A model generated the notes under the pieces. It saw only the letters and a program-made list of their open reading frames with translations, had not been told where the DNA came from and did no database searches. Below, one piece after another: positions 38,691 through 50,339 of a stretch of 64,000 nucleotides of DNA (position 1 is the first letter of the stretch; each line of letters begins with the position of its first letter). Made by a program: the position numbers and the translations under genes. Source of the DNA: Octopus bimaculoides (Eukaryota). The stretch lies in NCBI RefSeq assembly GCF_001194135.2, contig NC_068989.1:483147-547146 (forward strand). Reading direction: 5' to 3'.

Positions 38691-38770
38691 TATATGGTAC
38701 CCTGTATATGGTACCCTGTATATGGTACCCTGTATATGGTACTCTGTATATGGTACCCTGTATATGGTAC
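38691..38770. repeat. 14-bp minisatellite (TATATGGTACCCTG), 5.7 copies
   Basis: Units start at 38691, 38705, 38719, 38733, 38747 and 38761; one substitution. Confidence 0.95.
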
Positions 38771-39005
38771 ACTACAACTTAAAAACATGAATTATACTTC
38801 TCTAGAAAAGAGAGAAGAGAAAAGATACTGACAAAAACATTGATCATTTCAATGTTTAAATTGCCTGTTAACTATATTTGAAGTATAATGATTGGTTGGA
38901 AAAGCCACAAATTATTTAATAGACTTTCAAACTCTCAGAAACTGAATCATAAGATAAGCTATGTTGTTTTTTTAAACATCAGGACATTTTCTGATATAAA
39001 ACAAA

Positions 39006-39045
<40 letters not shown>

Positions 39046-39161
39046 AAGAAAGAAGACCATCGAAACTTCAAAAGCATTATTATCTTATTTAATTTCTAAA
39101 AAAAAAAAAAAATTATTTTATTATTTAATCCTAGAGATGTAGACAAATATATGATGATAAA

Positions 39162-39212
<51 letters not shown>

Positions 39213-42200
39213 GTGTGATGATGATGATGATATATACATAATGAAAACAGTATCTAACATGATTTAAGGCCCACTTAAGCGCTTGCCCTTCTCTCTTCTT
39301 CAAAACTATTTTACAGGTGAAGTATCTTACTCCACTTCAACAAACAAACTGTTTTCTCAACAACTGTGAAACCATTCAACCAGCTTTGGATATTCAGAAA
39401 CAAGTGAGATCATGTTTTGTTTTAGAAGTAATAAATGAAACAAAATTCATAAAAGGAAACAGAATATCGAAATTAAAATACTTATTAATTAGTTTGTATT
39501 TGAACATTTGAACGATTAACTGTTTGACCAAAGTGTTTAACATATGAGTTTGAAAAACTAGTAAAACATGGCTGATTGATAAATTGGTTAACAGAGTAAC
39601 TAACCCATTAACTAACGATAAAGGACTGAACCTTTATCTAAGTGAGTGTGTTTATTATTACTGGCATAATGCCCCTCCCAAGGTTCAATAGTATTTATTA
39701 ATTAATCTTTTTATTTCCAGTCCATAAGATGTCCATATATATTGTCCCTTTCAACAGAATATTGGACAAAACTTTTTGCTGAAATCCTAACTTTGCAGCT
39801 TCAACTGCCAAGTTTTCCTTTCTATGGGGTTTTTTTTTTTCTTCTTTTTTTCTCTCTTTCCAGTTTGCTTTTTTCCTAATTTCACTCAAAACTTGGATCA
39901 GAAGGGAGGAGGTGTGTATATGCATATATGTATAAACCTATTCACCTTTCTTAGATAAACTAAATATTTCTGCTGATATATTCTTTCATAAAAATATTTT
40001 CGTTAGAGAATTCTTTCTCATCCACCAAGAAAATGATAGCTTGATGAAGAAAAAGACTGAAGTTAATGTTTGCTGATCAAAAAGGGAAATTAGCTGTTAA
40101 CCATAAATATAGAGTTGAGGAGAATAGTAATGTGAATTAGGAAAATATTTAATATCTGTCAAACAGAAATAAATTTATTAGTTATGTTAATCAAATGCTG
40201 AGCAGAAATTTTGTATAAGCAAATTTTTGTTTAGAAATAGTTTAAATTTACACATCTAAAACTATTCAAATTGAACATAAAATATATTTCGTAGAATGTA
40301 TTTCATAAATTCTAGCAAAACGAACTTGGCGACTTTGGTTGCCTTTTTCATGAAATATAAATTGTATTTTGTTTAAAAAAAAAGGAAAAAAAAAAATTTG
40401 AAATTAAAAACGAATATGGCCCAAGGGAAGTAACTTTGTAAAATGTGGCTATGACAGGTTTTTGGAAATAATTTCTTTCGTGTTTGAAATGATGAAACAC
40501 AGAAGGAGATTTATTAGTTACATGTCAACTAGGCGTATGGAAAAAGGTATTGTAAAAAGGATTGAACCTAACTACATGGTCCCAGGTTCAATCTCACTGC
40601 ATCGCCACTTTGGGTAAATGTCTACCACCATAGCCTCGAGCTAACCAAACGAAGACTTGTAAATGGATTTGATAAAGGGAAATTGAAAGAAGCCCGTCGT
40701 ATATATATATATATACGCCGGTGTTAAAACGTGGGTAGCTGATGAAGTAGAATGTTCTCTATGTGGCTCGTGTGTTCTCGTCTACGTTTGTTTGCAATGT
40801 CCTGTACCCAGATATGCACCTTTACATACAGGTGGATGTCGGTATGCACATACCTGTACGTATATATGCATATACTCATTTNNNNNNNNNNNNNNNNNNN
40901 NNNNNNNNNNNNNNNNNNNNNNNNNNNNNNNNNNNNNNNNNNNNNNNNNNNNNNNNNNNNNNNNNNNNNNNNNNNNNNNNNNNNNNNNNNNNNNNNNNNN
41001 NNNNNNNNNNNNNNNNNNNNNNNNNNNNNNNNNNNNNNNNNNNNNNNNNNNNNNNNNNNNNNNNNNNNNNNNNNNNNNNNNNNNNNNNNNNNNNNNNNNN
41101 NNNNNNNNNNNNNNNNNNNNNNNNNNNNNNNNNNNNNNNNNNNNNNNNNNNNNNNNNNNNNNNNNNNNNNNNNNNNNNNNNNNNNNNNNNNNNNNNNNNN
41201 NNNNNNNNNNNNNNNNNNNNNNNNNNNNNNNNNNNNNNNNNNNNNNNNNNNNNNNNNNNNNNNNNNNNNNNNNNNNNNNNNNNNNNNNNNNNNNNNNNNN
41301 NNNNNNNNNNNNNNNNNNNNNNNNNNNNNNNNNNNNNNNNNNNNNNNNNNNNNNNNNNNNNNNNNNNNNNNNNNNNNNNNNNNNNNNNNNNNNNNNNNNN
41401 NNNNNNNNNNNNNNNNNNNNNNNNNNNNNNNNNNNNNNNNNNNNNNNNNNNNNNNNNNNNNNNNNNNNNNNNNNNNNNNNNNNNNNNNNNNNNNNNNNNN
41501 NNNNNNNNNNNNNNNNNNNNNNNNNNNNNNNNNNNNNNNNNNNNNNNNNNNNNNNNNNNNNNNNNNNNNNNNNNNNNNNNNNNNNNNNNNNNNNNNNNNN
41601 NNNNNNNNNNNNNNNNNNNNNNNNNNNNNTGTGAACAGACTGAGGGGGAAAGAAAGAAAGAGAGAAAGAGAGAGGGGTGGAGCGACGAGCTAATGAGGGG
41701 GGGGGTTTCTGACGTTGTAAACAGACTGTGAATAAGTTTTCATAAGTTCTCTGACCATTTTAACAAAGATTACCAGGTTTAAAATATTTGCTTAAATAAA
41801 GCTTGACATTATATTTTAACAAGGGTTAAAAAGCGAAGGTTTAAAATAACTGTTTAGCTTAAAGTTAATTCAATTTGAAGCCAATAAATTTTGTGATTGA
41901 GGATTTCCTCATTTGTCCCCCTTGCATCACTAGCCTCATAATTATATTATTCTCTTCATATGTAACACTTTTGTTGGTCAACGTAGGAAGAGTACGGTTA
42001 TAAACATCAACAACATAACTGAGAAGAAATATACTTCAGACGAGCATTCTGCTTACGACGGGGTCTTTCAGAGTACAATACAGGGAGTTGAAAACTGCAA
42101 GTCATTGAAATTATCCATGCAAGTTGTAGAAAAAGCCACTGTCTTGGATGTTTAAAATCTTAGCCCCAACAAACAAGACAGATAATTCCAATAGAATTAG

Positions 42201-42557
42201 GGGGTCGATATTTTTAGACAATCTAAAATAGGTTTTGTATTTAGAATGCAAAATGTTCCATTCAAATATTTTCTCGCGGCCCAATTGTTGATATTCATAA
42301 TAAACATTACTACATACCTTTAATCCTTAATGGAGACAGAGAGAGAGAGAGAGATAGAGAAACCCTTTAATCTTACCAACTGGGTAGTATGTCTCTCTGA
42401 CGAGGTTCAATAACACTAAAACACATCTGATTCTTTTGGTCCATGAACTCCAAAGGTCACACCAACGCCAACCTCTTTCGTCCATTTTGTCCCCAAAATT
42501 TTAACTAATCTTATAGGAGTTATTTCCCTTGTTTGCTTTTTGCTTTTGTTTTTTCTA

Positions 42558-42772
42558 CTCTTTTACTTGTTTCAGTCATTTGACTGTGGCCATGCTGGAG
42601 CACCGCCTTTAGTTAAGTAAATCGACCCCAGGACTTATTCTTTGTAAGCCTAGTACTTATTCTATCGGGCTCTTTTACCGAACCGCTAAGTTACGGGGAC
42701 GTAAACACACCAGCATCGGTTGTCAAGCGATGTTGGGGGGACAAACACAGACACACAAACATATACACACAC

Positions 42773-42814
<42 letters not shown>

Positions 42815-42976
42815 GACAGACTTCTTCAGTTTCCGTCTACCAAATCCACTCACAAGGCTTTGGTCAGCCCGAGGCTATAGTAGAAGACATTTGCCCAAGG
42901 TGCCACACAGTGGGACTGAACCCGGAACCATATGGTTCGTAAGCAAGCTACTTACCACACAGCCACTCCTACGCCT
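42558..42976 (-). mobile_element. tRNA-head SINE family B, near full-length, with internal (TA)n/(CA)n
   Basis: Head GGCTGTGTGGTAAG...GGTTCAGTCCCA has A/B-box-like motifs. Body ...AGAATAAGTACTAGGCTTAC...GGTGCTCCAGCATGGCCACAGTCAAATGACTGAAACAAGTAAAAGAG. Other copies at about 11358-11760, 13200-13425, 25083-25490, 40535-40700, 48972-49410 and 58145-58395. Confidence 0.85.
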
Positions 42977-44266
42977 ATAGATGTATAGATTTGCTATACT
43001 TTTGTGATGGGAAATGGGAATTGTTGCAGAAAAAACATATTCTACATGTTTTGGTATTTACAACAAAACCAAGTTAGAATTTTGCAACAGACTGAGATTG
43101 TTGTAAAGATTTAACCTGTTGAACGGTACTATCCAGTGTTACAATTTGATTCTCTAGTGGTTTGGTCCTTATAATGGTTGCACCCCTGAAAAGAACCTCT
43201 TTAAGGATTTATTTTCATTGGTTGTTAAAGCTTTCAAAAACCTTATGATGTTTGCATCAAGATTCTGGAATCATGCAAAGAAAAGGTGTCTGGAATACAT
43301 TTCATTGGATGTTTTAGTATAAACTTCTTTTTGCCATTTAAAATAATTATTAATACTTGTACAAACTCATATAAAATATTTCCTATATTAGACTCTATAG
43401 GCAGCAAACAAAAGCTCTTATTTGCTCTTATTTTAAGATTTATATATTTTTCACAATTCAGGTCAGGTCAAACAGTTAAAAGTGGACTCTTTTAATCCAG
43501 AACTTGAGATTTCTTACGATATCGGATTCAAATTTTGGCACAAGGCCAGCAATTCTGAGGAGAGGTAAGTTGATTGCATTGACCCCAGTACACAACTAGT
43601 ACTTATTTTGTAGACCCTGAAAGGATGAAAGGCACAATTGACCTTGGTGGAATTTGAACTCAGAATGCAAAGACAGATGAAACGTGATTAAGCATTTTAC
43701 CCAGGATGCTAACAATTCTGCCAGTCCACCACCTTAAGGAGAGTTTGTTGCATGGTTAAATTTGTCAGGTTTATTTAACTGATTTAGATTTTGATGTTAA
43801 TTCCAGACAATATCCTTTAACTGATTAAAAGAGACTATCAGCTGATACAAGATATGGTAACAGTTGCCATATTTTACTTTGTATCCTGTTTTTACTTTTG
43901 ATTGGATTTTAAGATTTGATTGTGAAAATAGAATTAAATCTCTTTGATAAATAAGTTCCAATTAGCAGTTGTGAAAACTTCAAATAAATTATCAAATGAT
44001 TTCTGTACATGTATTTCTAGCATGTCTGTAGATATCATGACACTGGTTGAAATTCAGGAATAATACTTGATCCAAATTTTGATCCAGAACTGTTTTCTTC
44101 ATATGTAGTTAGAAGGTTGTTGCTAATTTTTATGTGGACTGTTATTGTGAAAGTTTTAAAAATCTCTATTCTCATCTTAAAGGACAGAAAAATTGAATAT
44201 CAGTTTGTTAGGTAAGTAATTAAAAATTGAGTTAATAGAATATGCATAAATAATGAGAATACATAC

Positions 44267-44457
44267 CATCTGTGGAATTGTACACTTTTCCCAACTGAGC
44301 AAAAGTGTCTAAAGTAACCGGACGGTTAATGACTATGTGATCAGCAACTACAACCAAGGAGGAACTGGTGATATACGGCCCTAAAGACTCATAGAGGCTT
44401 ACAAAGGGTTGACCATGGCTAAAACCTCCACACTTGAAGTCAAGACCAACTGAACAA
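44267..44457 (-). CDS. PKD1-like: PKD1-like exon, end of WSC and start of PKD repeat 1: CSVGLDFKCGGFSHGQPFVSLYESLGPYITSSSLVVVADHIVINRPVTLDTFAQLGKVYNSTD
   Basis: Acceptor ttttctttacag, donor G|gtatgt, 191 nt, phase 2 to 1. C-x7-CGG...SLY closes the WSC domain. Lies inside ORF 44232-44603. Confidence 0.85.
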
Positions 44458-44899
44458 CTGTAAAGAAAAGGAAATATGTAAAATTTCTTCATGGAGAATA
44501 TTTGATGAATGTATTTTATTTCTGGGAAGGTAAAGATGTTAGATTTAGAATCCTTAACTGGTGGTGGTAGATTTTTGTCTTTGATTCCTGACAGCAGTAA
44601 CATTGATAAAGTTGGTGGAAATGTTACTACCTTTTCTCAATATACCTGTCTTCCATTATAATTATTATAATTATTGAATTTGTAGTTGATTAATATTAAG
44701 TGTTACTTTATAGAAACAGAGGACAACATATCTCAGGTGATGTTCAGTACTTTCAGTTATATATCAGAAACCAGATCTAATAAACTGTATTCTGTCAGAA
44801 AGCAGAAAGACTTTTCAATTGATTCATTAGTCTTAGTTCAGGATTCCTAAGACCTTCAGTTAGAACTGATATTATTTAGAATTCCATTTCCCATACCCT

Positions 44900-45480
44900 C
44901 AATATCTTTTGCTCTAAGATTTTATACTTCCATACGTTTCAATTCGTTTTTGCATAGGATTCCTGTCAGGTAATTTGCGAAACATTTACAACTTGCTGGA
45001 TTCAATTTGGCTTGTTTTAAAGACATTGGCAAACTGTTCATTAACAACCAGTTATTCAGATTATCATTAAGTAAACCAAATAAAACTAAGGCTAATCTTA
45101 ACCCTAAATCTAAGGCTAATCTTAACCCTAAATCTAAGGCTAATCTTAACCCTACAGACAACATAGTGAATATGTTTTCCTTTCACTTCTTTCTGAGAGA
45201 ATGTTACAATAAAAAAAAAAAACATTTCTAAGGAAAATGGCTTGAGACTTTGTTGATGTTCCTCTCAAGTCTTCCACCATTTTATTTTTTTTATATCTTT
45301 CTTTTATTTCTTGTTCTGAATCCATATATTTCAGCAACATTCCCTCAAGTTTTTTCAAAGACTTTCAGCAATCCAATGAGCTTGCCCATTTTTGTCTTTT
45401 TATTCTTCAAAGAAATCATGTTAGTTGTCTTGAAGTAATTTGTAGCTAATGGCTGCTGCCACTCTTTCTTGACCACTTCA
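44900..45480 (-). mobile_element. Decayed R4/Dong-like RT-upstream relic, interrupted by a 24-bp tandem repeat
   Basis: NIWIQNKK...KWWK and YLTGIL...IEG resemble the FW-x2-IW...HN...W and KLLTGI...EQ-x-G motifs. Confidence 0.3.
45086..45154. repeat. 24-bp tandem repeat (CTAAGGCTAATCTTAACCCTAAAT), about 2.9 copies
   Basis: Perfect copies at 45086, 45110 and 45134. Confidence 0.9.
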
Positions 45481-46678
45481 CATCAAGTACTCAGCTATTT
45501 ATGGAGTTAGGTTCAATGAAGCAAGTTAATTATTGTTTTTTGTTTTTTTGCCCTGTTAAGACCCTTCACAAGTGATAGGGCACATACACACCCCATAGCC
45601 ACAGAAAAAAATTCAACTGGTTCACCCCTCTTCTATAGTGCCATACAAATATTATTAAACATTAGTTTTAATTTTGTGTTTTTCAGAAATTATATCGATA
45701 ATGGTGGTACCATCTGAATATTTTAGAACTTGGTTAAAATACTGGTTACATCCATCGGGTTTGAACTCTGGACATTTTTAGCCATTAGTTAACTCCAGTT
45801 ATCATTCACCCACCACATTTAGTATTTCGTTTCAAAAAGCACAACACTTTTAAAACATCACAGCCACATTCTAAGTTGATCAAATAACAGCCTAAAAGAC
45901 AGTTTCTGACATTTAATGTTACTCTGGTTTCTTTACATTTATTAAAAACAAAACTTTAAGTTTCGGCACAATAAGGAACATCAAAACACACAGTTTTATC
46001 AAAGGCAGATGTTAAAACCATTCTGAAAGGAATTAAAAGTTGACATAGAGCTAAATTCAAGATGCAGCTTATTATTGTTGAATCAAATCTCCCCAACCTT
46101 TTATAATATATAAGCCTGCATTGGTTCAAGAATAAATATGTTCACCATTAAATTACTGCAAACAACCAAGTGTTGCTTTAATCTAATCTGCATCTAATTA
46201 ACAATCTAATTAGATATTTTTATGATGTAATTCAGAACATATTTTGATTTGGGAACCCAGGAAAGAGAAATGGCTTAGAATTCTAGCTGCTTCAACAAGA
46301 GGTAAGACGATTAGCTTGAATATACTTCGCCTTGTTTTAGGAGAGGCTATTTCAACAAAAGATTCTTTTTTTTTTTTGCAATTATGTAAAGGGCCACATC
46401 TTAATTAAATACAATTAATGGTTTAACAAAGATGACGTGATGTGAATAGACTTTCAGAAGAAATTGATTTTAAGGCTCAAGATTAGATTAAACATGAAAT
46501 TTTAGAAATTTTTTTATTGTAGTTTTGAATATTACTGAACAATCCTCCTCCTCCTCCTCCTCCTCTTCCTCCTCCAGCAAATCACATCTCTTGTCATATT
46601 TCAGTCTGCTCCGATAACACACTCGAAATAATTATCACATGATAATTAAATGTGAAGGATGTAGTTAAACTCCATCTG

Positions 46679-46976
46679 TTTGGAGGCTGAGTGTGGTTGG
46701 AGGTTGAGTGTGTTTGGAGGCTGGGTGTGTTTAGAGGCTGAGTGTGATTGGAGGTTGAGTGTGGTTGGAGGTTGAGTGTGTTTGGAGGCTGAGTGTGGTT
46801 GGAGGCTGAGTGTGGTCGGAGGCTGAGTGTGTGTACATTTGGAGGCTGAGTTTGTTTGAGGGCTGAGTCTGTTTGGAGGCTGAGCCTATTTGGAAGCTGA
46901 GTCTCTCTGGACGCTGAGCCTGTTTAGAGGTAGAGTGTGTGTGGAGGCTGGGTGTGTTTGGAGGTTGAATCTGTTT
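46679..46976. repeat. 17-bp minisatellite (TGGAGGCTGAGTGTGTT), about 17 degenerate copies
   Basis: Visible tandem period of 17. Confidence 0.9.
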
Positions 46977-47046
46977 GTACAAGGCATTTATTATTGATGC
47001 AGCAGATTTAACATTTAAATATTAAGGAAAAAACATGACACTTTAC

Positions 47047-47142
47047 CTTTCGTCACAAGCTGACAATTGTTCTTCTGATAAATTGATGGTAGAATTTGTA
47101 CAAAGACATTTGCTGGAATTTGACATTCCGGCGAGAGTATAT
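47047..47142 (-). CDS. PKD1-like: PKD1-like exon, middle of WSC domain: YTLAGMSNSSKCLCTNSTINLSEEQLSACDE(S)
   Basis: Acceptor tttttcattgtag, donor AAG|gtaaag, 96 nt, phase 2 to 2. Y-x2-AG-x5-C-x-C WSC motif. Lies inside ORF 47043-47279. Confidence 0.85.
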
Positions 47143-47420
47143 CTACAATGAAAAATTTTGGAAAATAAAAATAAACTGCAATTAGGCATATACCTACATG
47201 GTATCATATTTAAGGTTTCATAAAATAAATAAATGGTCTTTAATAACATGTCAGCCCTTGAACAACTAAACAGCCACATGTAAATCCTTCAACGTAAGTA
47301 GCATTTGTTTGATAACCAATGAAGAATTGCAAAACAATGCATAGGTAGATAGGCAAACGAAAAGAGAGATGTTATCTCTCTCTCTCTACATATATATACA
47401 GAGAGAGAGGGGGTGAGAGA

Positions 47421-47460
<40 letters not shown>

Positions 47461-47534
47461 AATCCACTGAATCTTGTTTAACCATCTAACCCATGCCAGC
47501 ATGGAAAACAGATGTTAAACAATAATGATGATCA

Positions 47535-47590
<56 letters not shown>

Positions 47591-48971
47591 TATGCATATT
47601 TATATGTGCATGTATGTATGTGTGTGCACACACACACACACACAATACATACATATGAACATGTGTAACAACAGCAAAAATGAAAATGAAACTAAATGCA
47701 GAATGAGAAAGTGAAAGTCCAAAACTTAAAGATCACCAAATTAGTGTGTCTGCTGCTATTTATTTTTGATTTGTTACAAATTTTCTAAATTCCAGAAACA
47801 TATCCATCATCTTAGTATATTTCCAACTTATAGTCCATAACATATCCAAATCTCTCTGTAGTGTCCTGATAGCAGTTTCACCTGTCGACTGGTCATCATG
47901 TTGCTTGGCTCAGGTTCTTTCCACCAAAACCTACTTCTCACTCGCAATACAGATACACATAATTGCATATTATTGCTATATAATGGACTACCTGAGATGA
48001 ATCATAATAATCTGGTATGGCATTGAAAAAGAAGAGAGAAAAAAAATTACAAATAGCAAGATAATGATAAATCCAGATGAAGTGTGTGGTGCATCAAACA
48101 GGAAATTTAGTTTCAGTGAAACAACTCCAACACACAGAAGCTAAACAAAATAGGACTCCACAGAGATACAAAAATCTTGAGAAAATCATCGAGAATCATA
48201 GCAGTAAAAGGGTTAGGGTTAGGGGTTACAGGACTTGTTGCAAGTGGAAGAAAGAATGGTGACAATATTGCAGCTGTAAGCCAAACATACACATATGTAC
48301 ACCACCAACAAATACACAAAACATTAAATAAATCACCAAGTGAGGGTTTATTTGCAAGAAAAAGTATTGATAAAAACATGCTAAGTTTAAGACTCTGCTA
48401 AATTACCCTTTAGGAATAAAAAACCAATTACGGGAATTTTAATTCAGTCAAATTTTCCTCAAATTACAACTTAGTGTCTCAAAAGACAGGGGTAGAATAC
48501 ATGGGTTTAGTTGTAAAGCCCTAAAAGTGAGAGGATGCTGGGAGAAAAAGCTGGAACATTCTTGGTTAGGGTTAGGGTTAGGGTTAAAGAATAACAATCA
48601 CAAAAAGAAACTGAAGAACTTGGAGGGGTGAAACGTCCCAGCAACTCACTTATGATAGAAAATAGCAAGAAACTTAGAAAGAAGACAAATGGACAAGGAT
48701 TAAACCCCACGAAGTTCTGAGGGTTTTGTGTACTGTCCAGATATTTCCCACAAAAGAATGTAATACAAATTATACCTTATAGAGTTTGGAGAAACAACCA
48801 TCCAAATGTCAAGCTGAGAACACCAATTATGCTCTTTCAAATGTAAGGAGAGATATCAGGGAAAAAGAAGAAACAGATACTCAAAAGCAGAATTATTATC
48901 CCTAAAAGAAGATATCCAGAACACAGCAGCAGTAAAATACCAATTATGTAATGGAAATAATACTTGCAAAA

Positions 48972-49410
48972 CATACGAATATACATGGTTGTGTGGTAAG
49001 AAATTTGCAGCCCAACCACATGATTCCAAGTTCAGTATCACTACATGACACCTTGAGCAAGTGTCTTCTACTACAGCCTCAGGCCAGTCAAAGCCTTGTG
49101 AAAAAAGCCTGTCATGTCTGTGTGTGTTTGTGTTGACCACCACTTGACAACCAGTGTTTGTGTATTTAACCTTTAGCACACAGTAGGTGCATTATGTCAT
49201 CATATGAGTTTTCTCCCCTGTAGTAACAGGACAGTGGCGGGGGGAAACAATTCTAGAGAAAATGCAATGTACCAAAGATTAGATCCTCCTAACTTAGCAG
49301 TTCAGCAACAGAGACTGATTGAATAAGTACCAGGCTTAAAAAGAAGACAAGTTCAGGGGTAAATTAGTTTGACTAAAATTTCTCAAGGCAGTGCTCCAGT
49401 ATGGCCGCAA
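48972..49410 (+). mobile_element. SINE family B copy
   Basis: Collinear with family B, with an internal insertion at about 49170-49280. Confidence 0.7.
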
Positions 49411-49454
49411 GGAGACGAAATCTTGAACAAATAGAAATGAAAATGACACACTTC

Positions 49455-49606
49455 ATAAAACCTGAAGAAGCTGCATCTGTTTGCTGCGATGGATGCCAGA
49501 ATGTAATTTGAGTCGAGGAATGGATTTTGCTACGAAGTCACAATGGGGGACATTGATGATTTGGATTTTGCCTGGGATTGGGCAAGTGTTTCTGTCGGTT
49601 GCAGGA
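49455..49606 (-). pseudogene. Isolated C2H2 zinc-finger relic with a +1 frameshift, probably an RTE-LINE C-terminal finger
   Basis: Removing one C from the CCCCC run gives HQCPHCDFVAKSIPRLKLHSGIH, exact C-x2-C-x12-H-x3-H spacing. Confidence 0.5.
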
Positions 49607-50068
49607 TAAAGAATTGAAAATTTAGAAAAAAAGAATTTATTTATTATCAAAGAGGTCATTATTTTTACATTCATAATATTGTATTTTAATATTATTAGTA
49701 TTTTAATATTGTAAGTATTTTAATATTGGATTCAAATTTTGGCACAAGGCCAGCAAGTCCGATGGAGTGGGTAAGTCGATAACATTGACCCCGGTACATG
49801 ACTGGTATTTATTTTATCAACCCCAAAGGGATGAAAGGTAAAGTCAATCGCAGTGGTATTTGAACTCAGATCCTAAACACAGATGAAACACTGCTAAGCA
49901 TTTTGCTCAGCACGGTAACAATTCTGCCAACTCACCACCTTGTTAGTGTTTTAATATTGTTAATATTTTCATATCATTAGCATTCTAAAATATATGCTAC
50001 ATTTCTTGTAAAATCTCCGTTCTTACTATTAAATCAGAGATAAAAAAAAAAAAAAGTTCTAAACTTAC

Positions 50069-50195
50069 CCCTGCAGGAAACATTTTTGAGTGCAGTCTAA
50101 TAGATTCCAATTGCCTGAGAGCCATTCTGATAGACTTGATGAGATCTCCTTTACACTATAACAGCCTTGATACCAGCTGTTTGGTGAGACAATAG
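50069..50195 (-). CDS. PKD1-like: PKD1-like exon, N-terminal third of WSC domain: xIVSPNSWYQGCYSVKEISSSLSEWLSGNWNLLDCTQKCFLQG
   Basis: Acceptor ttttgtcttttccag, donor GG|gtaagt, 127 nt, phase 1 to 2. YQGC...C-x3-C is the WSC start. Not in the ORF track. Confidence 0.85.
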
Positions 50196-50248
50196 CTGGA
50201 AAAGACAAAAGGTCAACCATGTCTTAGGATATCTTCAAACAAGGTGAC

Positions 50249-50339
50249 ATATATGACAATTATGAGGTTGAAATGTTACAACAATTTGTGTTTCATTCTC
50301 TGAGGTCCCAAAACATTGTGGTGATGGGAGAAGTGAAGC
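50249..50339 (-). CDS. Candidate exon upstream of the WSC domain, LRRCT-like C-terminal half: ASLLPSPQCFGTSENETQIVVTFQPHNCHI
   Basis: Strong acceptor tcttttctttacag|G, phase 0 to 1, C-x18-C spacing, NET sequon. The donor (gtcacc) is weak and implies a 53-nt intron. Confidence 0.35.

Larger units (their letters stand above)
815..41629. other. Seven assembly N-gaps: 815-1018, 2024-2291, 14622-14687, 16646-16655, 21752-22138, 34644-35159, 40882-41629
   Basis: N runs, mostly flanked by (TA)n or G/GA runs, as expected for short-read failure at microsatellites. Confidence 0.98.
513..50195 (-). other. PKD1-like: Polycystin-1-like gene span (WSC + tandem PKD repeats), partial; continues past position 1 and probably upstream of 50195
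   Basis: Seven exons join in frame with canonical splice sites. Phase chain is 1/2, 2/2, 2/1, 1/1, 1/0, 0/1, 1/2. Domain order WSC then PKD repeats matches the polycystin-1 ectodomain. Exact orthology cannot be determined here. Confidence 0.85.

Noticed and set aside
38691-46976. Regular short repeats as possible CRISPR arrays
   Set aside because: They are head-to-tail tandem repeats with no unique spacers, in a eukaryotic context with no cas genes.
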